NCBI GenBank assembly: GCA_004764695.1
Contig: SMSO01000025.1
Location: forward strand, 5,248,862 to 5,312,861
Source of the DNA: Schizochytrium sp. TIO01
Taxonomy: Eukaryota; Protista; Bigyra: Labyrinthulomycetes
Length of the DNA: 64,000 nucleotides
Direction: 5' to 3'
Part shown: positions 57,982 through 64,000 of the stretch, in pieces
How the letters are laid out: the number at the start of each line of letters is the position of its first letter
Position numbering within the stretch: the first letter of the stretch is position 1
The notes under the pieces: generated by a model
Database searches by the model: none
Seen by the model: only the letters and a program-made list of their open reading frames with translations
What the model was told of the DNA's origin: nothing
Made by a program: the position numbers and the translations under genes

Positions 57982-59226
57982 TTACAAATGCTTTGCTTTA
58001 TAACCAGGGAGTTTCGGATGCATAACAGGCGCAGGAGTCAGAATTTGCTTTCCTTCTGCTGGAATCCTGATGAGGCGCTGAGGTCCCCAATTCATGTTGT
58101 GCATAGTGTCAATTGAATAAGTGGACTCTTTTCGCTCCATTGAGAAATGTGCTACAGTAAAAATGCGCAGCATTGCCTCGCCCCGTTGAATAACACGAAG
58201 CATGCGAAGCACAGCACCAACAAACATAGCACAATCATAGTCCCAACTAAAGCCGCTTGCAAGCATCACACTGCCAGCGTTTGTGAATCCAAAATCCCAC
58301 ATGATCTTTCCCAAGCCACGAAAGAAATCTAAACGGTACCCTGCTGGCTGTTTACAGCAAAGGTCTGTAACCCAATCGAAAGCACTTTTTTCATAATGTT
58401 TGCGAGTCCTTGCATTCAGATTAGGATCCCAGTTGAGCTTTCTCCAAGCTACCAGATCATATTCATGGGATCTGATTAGTCGATCTCGAAGCAGGCACAT
58501 GCCTGGGCCAGTGTGTCCTGCCACACTTGAGTCCGTAGTAGACTCAGCCAACCACTTGACCCCGTTTTCGTCTTCGAGAACTACTGCAACGTGCGTCCAT
58601 TGAATTTTACCTTGAAGTTTGAGAAGCCAGGTTTCAATAACATCAATGAAATGGCCAGTGAACATCCCAAGAGGTCTGACAGGATATGAGAAGAGGATGA
58701 GGTCTCCACTACTGGAGAGCTTTTCGATTTCCTCAATGTCCAGTGAAGGTCCTTCGATAACTGCTGGCAGGGGCCAGCGGCGAATCGCTAACCTAATGAT
58801 GAAGACTATTACACCAACAAAGAATCCGACAACAGTACCCAACATAATTGTGTAAAATTCGAGCAAAATGTGCATGTCAAGGCTGACAAAACTCTGTACA
58901 AGCAACATCACAGCAAACTGCGTAAAGACAGCCGCAACTATGCACATCCATGCCGTTTCTTTGAGGAAAGATATGACCTTACGCTGTTGGTTCAGCCTCC
59001 GACGTATCCTGAATTTTGCTAGAGCTTTGAGAACACCACGCTGCCTTGCGTCTAAAAAAGTTGGTTTAATCCTCTTTGGCTGGATCTCGCCTGCGGTTTG
59101 CTCCATAGGTTCCTCTGACCTTTTGCAATGCCGATATTCGGGTGAACTTAAGAAAGATTCGAAAGAAGAGATCTCTGTTGATGGTGATGATGGCGCCCCT
59201 GCTTCAGTTTCATGAACATTCGGCAT
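57982..59226 (-). CDS. Membrane-anchored permuted papain-like NlpC/P60 enzyme (YiiX/YaeF/LRAT-type order)
   Basis: Two TM segments, then SGDLILFS...WTHVAVVL...LAEST and later YDCAMFVGAVL; His precedes Cys. Confidence 0.72.
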   Translation of the reverse strand: MPNVHETEAGAPSSPSTEISSFESFLSSPEYRHCKRSEEPMEQTAGEIQPKRIKPTFLDARQRGVLKALAKFRIRRRLNQQRKVISFLKETAWMCIVAAVFTQFAVMLLVQSFVSLDMHILLEFYTIMLGTVVGFFVGVIVFIIRLAIRRWPLPAVIEGPSLDIEEIEKLSSSGDLILFSYPVRPLGMFTGHFIDVIETWLLKLQGKIQWTHVAVVLEDENGVKWLAESTTDSSVAGHTGPGMCLLRDRLIRSHEYDLVAWRKLNWDPNLNARTRKHYEKSAFDWVTDLCCKQPAGYRLDFFRGLGKIMWDFGFTNAGSVMLASGFSWDYDCAMFVGAVLRMLRVIQRGEAMLRIFTVAHFSMERKESTYSIDTMHNMNWGPQRLIRIPAEGKQILTPAPVMHPKLPGYKAKHL

Positions 59227-60585
59227 GGTGCTCTCTTCTAGTTGCAGGGTTGAAATGCTAATTCACTTTGACGAAATGTGATTCCCACAAAATCAAAGTG
59301 ATCAAAGACGGCTCAGAATGTTTTATATACAATAGACTGCACGCCTTTATGATTTAATGTCGCACAATCTAATGTAGTGTTGGATTGGGTGCTGCGAGGA
59401 TGACAGAAAAGATGTTAGCAGAAAAGCACCAAGTCCAAGTCGTCCCGTCAAGTTCTGTTTGGCCAACTGCAAGGAGAAGTAGTCTTCGCATTCAAGGCAG
59501 GCAAACGTTTCAGGTTTGCCTCCCAAGCTCGGCAGAGACCACAACCGCGACCCCGCTTAGGGAGCCAAGGCTGGCTAAGGATGACAATGTTGCGCAATTG
59601 CTCCGCGGACGGATCTCGTCAAGGTGCCTGATTGACTTTCTTGTTGTTATTATTTCATACGCCAGGCTTAATAGAAGAAAAAAACTTTTAAAGACGAGAA
59701 AGAAAAGGGAGAAAGAAAGAAGAAATTGGCTGCGTGTTCTCTAACTAATCTTTACTCTAATGATCCTGCAAGAACTCTAAGCTTGGCTTGAGTGGTTCCT
59801 ACAAGAGAAAGAGACACAAGGAGTGCTTTAACCCGCTCTTACCATTGATCATAGTAACAATCGTTTTTCTCTTTTCAGAAAACATCATTATTATGCCATC
59901 AGTGATAAAGTAAAAGAATGAGACAACCCACATTGGAAGTTATTTTTTTTCTAGTTAGCTAGGTACCTCTAGCTAGAGAGTCAAAAAGCAAAGTTGTACA
60001 TTGACCAACCAGTACGATTGCCGCGGAGTTAAGGCGTTGAGCAAAAGCTGCGATGGTTGGTGACCTGTGAACACTTGTGACTGCTCAAAGCACCCAAGAT
60101 CATGATATAAGTGTAGAAACAATTGGGTACCTGTGCCGAGACTTTCTCGCGACGAAGTGTCTGCGCATAGGAAGTAAGAGCTGAAAGAGAAAGAGGGTCC
60201 TTGGAAAAAAGGTGGGGTACGCGAGTTGACCATGGCATGGGCCAGAGCGACCAAATTCTCACGGGCACACAAGCACGCATGCAAACTGGGGTGCTAAATT
60301 GCAAGCTGTCTTTTATCCTTCGTCATCATCGTGAGAATGCAGAAATTGTTGGCTGGCATGAAAGAGTAACTATTTCCCCAAGGTTCCAGCAAAATCACGA
60401 TTGACGACCAGCGCTCAAGTTATCGAGAGATACAGAATTCCTCATCAACGCAGAATTTGCATATGTTAAAAAAGAAAAGCCAGAGAGAGAGAGAAAGAAA
60501 TAAACCACACATTAGTTTGTGCACTAAATATTCTGTTAAAGGTACACGATAGTACCACGCGATTTTATAAAACTATATATAGCTC

Positions 60586-62889
60586 TTATGAAGTTTCATC
60601 TTCTAAGCCGGTTGTAGTCAAATTGTGATTAGCTTGGAAAAGTTTTTGAATAGTTTGTCGTGCATCATGAAGCTGGCGCTTTGTGTCGGCAAGGTCTGTG
60701 GCTTTAGTCTGCCTCATTTGAACAAGCTCTTTGCCAAGCTTGGAAACCTTGCGATTCGCCTGCCGTAATCGCTCCGCTAATTCATGATGGCCATCTGCTA
60801 AATTGCTCAGCAGCTTTAGCACCATGCGCTCGCCAGCATCAGAGCCATTGAGACGAGATGGAATTTTCCATTTAGCTGGTATATGCTCCTCGTCGTCATT
60901 ACCATCAGACTCACCTTCGTCATTTGTTGTGGTTCCTTGATAGTCTTCTTCCTTGTCTTCAAATTTATCACTTTGAAATTGTTTGGCTCGCTGACAGAAT
61001 ACTTCAAAAGCTGATTTTGCATCTGCAAGCATCTGCTGATAGTGGCTTTCTATAGAATTAACATGTTGATCTAATTCATTTTGCAAGTACTGCCGCTTAG
61101 ATTCAAGCAAATCTTGCAAGGCACTCAGTGTCTTGCTTCGGTAGTCTGCGTCGGCTGCTTCAAGCTCCCGCTTATGGTTTGCTACCAGCTCGGCCAGAGT
61201 TTGCTCATGCTTGCGCTCTAGCTCTGCTCGCGTGTTTGCAATAACCGACTGTTGTCGTAACCGTGCACTTTCTGTTTTCTCCCTAATTTCTCGAGACAGG
61301 GTTTCCTCAGCAACCCGCTGGAGCTCCAAAACAGCTTTGTCAAGTGCTGTCTCTAACTGTGTATCAATTTCTGATAGCTTTGTCGCAAGGAGAACCTCTT
61401 GCTTTGTTTTCAGACTTCCCATGGTGGCGGCACGTCGATCTTCCCAGTAAGCTTGACGTTGGGCCATTTCTGATTCCAATTTTAGTTCAAGTTGCGCAAC
61501 AAGTGCTTTGTGAGACTCTCGAGCGCCCTCCTGGAGCGCCAATTCCAGGTCTCGCAAGGTCTCTTCGCGCCTCTGCACAAAATCCCGCTGAACTACTTCT
61601 CTGGCCCGCATGAGATCCGTCTCCTTTGCCGCAAGAGCATCTGCGCATGCTCTGTCTAATAGCGCACGCTGCTTAGCTTCCTCGTCACGGCGAGCTTGTG
61701 CAATCTCTTCACCAATACGGTGTTCCCATTGCAGCCTTGTATTTTCTACCTCTTGTTCAAGAGCTGTGTGAGAGAATTCCTTTTTGAGTTCTACGTGAAG
61801 CTCTTCACGCTTGGCTACATACTCTTTTTTCACGGCTGCCTTTTCTTTGTCAAGACGCACCTCAAATTCCTCTCTCATTTCGCGTAGAAGGTCTTCGTTC
61901 TCATCCTCCAGCTCTGCTCGCAACGCTGTAAGTTCTCGTTGTCTCCTCTGTGAAAGTTCTTTTCCCAGCGCTTCGAGATGTCTCATTCCAGATCGTTCGT
62001 AGTGAGTCCTGAGAATAGCTTCAAGGTTGGCGTTCTCATGTTCGAACATCTCTTGCATAATCAAAGCATCCCTCTGCTCTAATTCATGTTCATGAGACAT
62101 CCTCATTGCCCTTTGCATTGCTGCATCAAGCTCTTCCGCTGCACTCTCAGCCTCCCCTACCTCCTCCGCTTCCTCGATGTTATCTCGTGTCGCTGTCCAA
62201 CTTGTTTTCGATTTCGAGGTCAATTTTGACTTCAATTTTGGTGCAAATTTTGAAGTAACTATTGACGCGCTCTTTGATGTAGGTCGTGATTTTGATGCTT
62301 TCGAAGAAGAAACCTTGGATGCCCCTTTTGTCACTGACCTGAATTTCTGTGTGGAGCTCGCTCCAGAGGTCGATCTCGCCAATGAGGCTTCCATATAACT
62401 TTCGGAGCCATGGGCCTGATGAACCTCACTTCTTTTTTCTGATGGAGGTAGTGATCTTGCCAGCCGTCTTCTAGCACCACGTATTCGCGCGTATTCATCC
62501 ATCTCGAACTGGATGCCTTTGAGCTCGGCCATGAGCGCTTCCTGCGTAAGCTGGTCATCCAGGGCCTCGCTCGCTGCGAGTTCCTGGCTAAGTTTAGCCT
62601 CCTCACGCCCCCTCTCCGCAAGGAACTGCTTCATCGAAGATCTCCGTTGTCCAGGTTTGTTACGCAAGTTATCGAGTTTGTTTTCTAGCAAGTTTTCAAA
62701 GTCGTCAACTTGTTCAAACTTCGAAACATTATAATAATCCTCCTCCTCATCATGACCGCCATCTTCACCTTCACCTGCGCGGCCACGTGAGGCTCTCTCG
62801 CTGCTCCGTTGCAGCCTCCTCATGGCGGCCTCAAATTCCTGCTCGAGGTCGCCCAGGGACAACGGAACGTCCCTGGCGCCGCCCGCCAT
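60586..62889 (-). CDS. Long coiled-coil protein of unknown function
   Basis: ORF of about 767 aa from ATG 62889; E/R/Q/L/A heptad-like helical sequence with an S/K-rich linker. Confidence 0.8.
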   Translation of the reverse strand: MAGGARDVPLSLGDLEQEFEAAMRRLQRSSERASRGRAGEGEDGGHDEEEDYYNVSKFEQVDDFENLLENKLDNLRNKPGQRRSSMKQFLAERGREEAKLSQELAASEALDDQLTQEALMAELKGIQFEMDEYARIRGARRRLARSLPPSEKRSEVHQAHGSESYMEASLARSTSGASSTQKFRSVTKGASKVSSSKASKSRPTSKSASIVTSKFAPKLKSKLTSKSKTSWTATRDNIEEAEEVGEAESAAEELDAAMQRAMRMSHEHELEQRDALIMQEMFEHENANLEAILRTHYERSGMRHLEALGKELSQRRQRELTALRAELEDENEDLLREMREEFEVRLDKEKAAVKKEYVAKREELHVELKKEFSHTALEQEVENTRLQWEHRIGEEIAQARRDEEAKQRALLDRACADALAAKETDLMRAREVVQRDFVQRREETLRDLELALQEGARESHKALVAQLELKLESEMAQRQAYWEDRRAATMGSLKTKQEVLLATKLSEIDTQLETALDKAVLELQRVAEETLSREIREKTESARLRQQSVIANTRAELERKHEQTLAELVANHKRELEAADADYRSKTLSALQDLLESKRQYLQNELDQHVNSIESHYQQMLADAKSAFEVFCQRAKQFQSDKFEDKEEDYQGTTTNDEGESDGNDDEEHIPAKWKIPSRLNGSDAGERMVLKLLSNLADGHHELAERLRQANRKVSKLGKELVQMRQTKATDLADTKRQLHDARQTIQKLFQANHNLTTTGLEDETS

Positions 62890-63202
62890 CGCGCAGAAGA
62901 ACTGCAAGCCGTTTGGGATTTGAATATGTTGACTCAATTTTATAACTTGGAAATAGTGGGACAAAAATTAGAAATATATTTGTCAACATGGCAGATTTGG
63001 ATAGACTGGTTCGCCGTTCCTAAAAATCAGATATTGTCATCGTTGAGGGGCTCCTACGGCTCGAGACGCATAACCAAACTCAAGTTGGCCTGATCTAGAG
63101 TAACAGGACGAATAAAGTAACATTTTGGGGGAATTCTAGCTCTAGTGAAGAGATAGGATCAAGAGTAAAGTGGCGCGGCCTAAGTTTTGGCGAGGGGAGG
63201 TC
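62890..63202. promoter_or_regulatory. Probable bidirectional promoter (coiled-coil gene / WASHC5)
   Basis: Divergent ATGs about 310 bp apart; positional inference only. Confidence 0.4.
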
Positions 63203-64000
63203 ATGGAGGCCGAAGGCCTACTAGCAGCGACGAATGTTTGCGGTCAGACACTCCTTAAGCTTGTGGCGAGCGGAAGCGCTGTGCTCGCAGAGATATTGAG
63301 ACTAGCAGATGTGATTCCATCAGTGTTCGAGGGGACCGGGGAATCTTTTGCACGCTATGAACATGTGGTTTTTGATTTTGCGTATTTTAAAAAGCGCAGT
63401 TCCATGGAGGAGCGAATTGACAATGACGAGGACCTTCTTATGAAGGACCACGAATTGCAGCTCAGGTTTGCCAAACTTATCGACAGGTTCTACCTTGCGT
63501 TCAGGGCTATCGTACGTTACCATCGCAAGTTGACGATGTTCTGGGATGACCTCGAGAATGGGTTTTATATTCAACACTCTGCAGAGGAAATCCTGATGGA
63601 CAGGGATGGTGCTCAACTAATGTGTGAAGCGTTATACCAGTATGGTGTCATGCTCGTGTTGCTTGAGCAAAAGATCCCCAGTCGAGTGCGAGAGCGCATG
63701 GTAGTATTTTCATTACGGACGAGAGGTGAAGCAGTCTTGAAGGACCTCGAAACCGTCAGTGTACTTGCTGGCTCCGACGACTTTGCACGGTTGAATGTAG
63801 ACACACGCATTACCAAACTCATCTTAAGCAAACTTGAACTCGACGACTTATACACAATGCGACGGGCATACCCGAATCCTGACCATCGTACAACCGCGCT
63901 TAGCCAACAGGCCGCGATGCTTTTTGTAGTTCTCAAATTTTGTCCCGAGACTCTTCGCAATGAACGCGCAACCATGCGTGCTATCGTAGATCGCTTCTTT
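63203..64000 (+). CDS. WASHC5: WASH complex subunit 5 (strumpellin), 5' part, runs off the window
   Basis: Manual translation: MEAEGLLAATNVCGQTLLKLVASGSAVLAEILRLADVIPSVF...FDFAYFK...RFYLAF...DDLENGFYIQ...DGAQLMCEALYQYGVML...VRERM...YPNPDHRTTALSQQAAML. Missed by the ORF track. Confidence 0.93.
   Translation, partial: MEAEGLLAATNVCGQTLLKLVASGSAVLAEILRLADVIPSVFEGTGESFARYEHVVFDFAYFKKRSSMEERIDNDEDLLMKDHELQLRFAKLIDRFYLAFRAIVRYHRKLTMFWDDLENGFYIQHSAEEILMDRDGAQLMCEALYQYGVMLVLLEQKIPSRVRERMVVFSLRTRGEAVLKDLETVSVLAGSDDFARLNVDTRITKLILSKLELDDLYTMRRAYPNPDHRTTALSQQAAMLFVVLKFCPETLRNERATMRAIVDRFF

Noticed and set aside
63320-63975. Minus-strand ORFs at the window end
   Set aside because: Antisense to WASHC5, which the ORF track missed because it has no stop in the window

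Overview
Eukaryotic, intron-poor nuclear DNA from a protist. The gene set, the few GT-AG introns and the SSR-rich intergenic DNA suggest a stramenopile, tentatively a thraustochytrid/labyrinthulomycete; this is an inference, not a lookup. About 19 protein-coding genes are supported. Housekeeping genes: EFL1 (spliced, truncated at the left edge), LAMTOR3, ETFDH, a CENP-P-like protein, UPF0652/DUF2009, Mpv17/PMP22 and WASHC5 (truncated at the right edge). Signalling and surface genes are unusually common. The two most notable items are (1) a protein with a CHAT/caspase-like domain lacking its catalytic dyad, a STAND (NB-ARC-like) ATPase, a STAT-type linker-SH2 module and a C-terminal Tyr motif, i.e. 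an NLR-like switch with a phosphotyrosine reader; and (2) three tandem single-pass fibro-slime(PA14)/L-lectin/Ig-like receptors, where copies 2 and 3 have near-identical stalks but divergent heads and a 15-bp hypervariable loop embedded in identical DNA. Also present: a 7TM-RGS, a Frizzled/Smoothened-like GPCR, a stand-alone ABCC TMD0 protein, a J-like (HPR) protein and a ~10 kb gene-poor microsatellite block. No rRNA, tRNA or CRISPR array was recognised. All domain calls come from motif recognition by eye.
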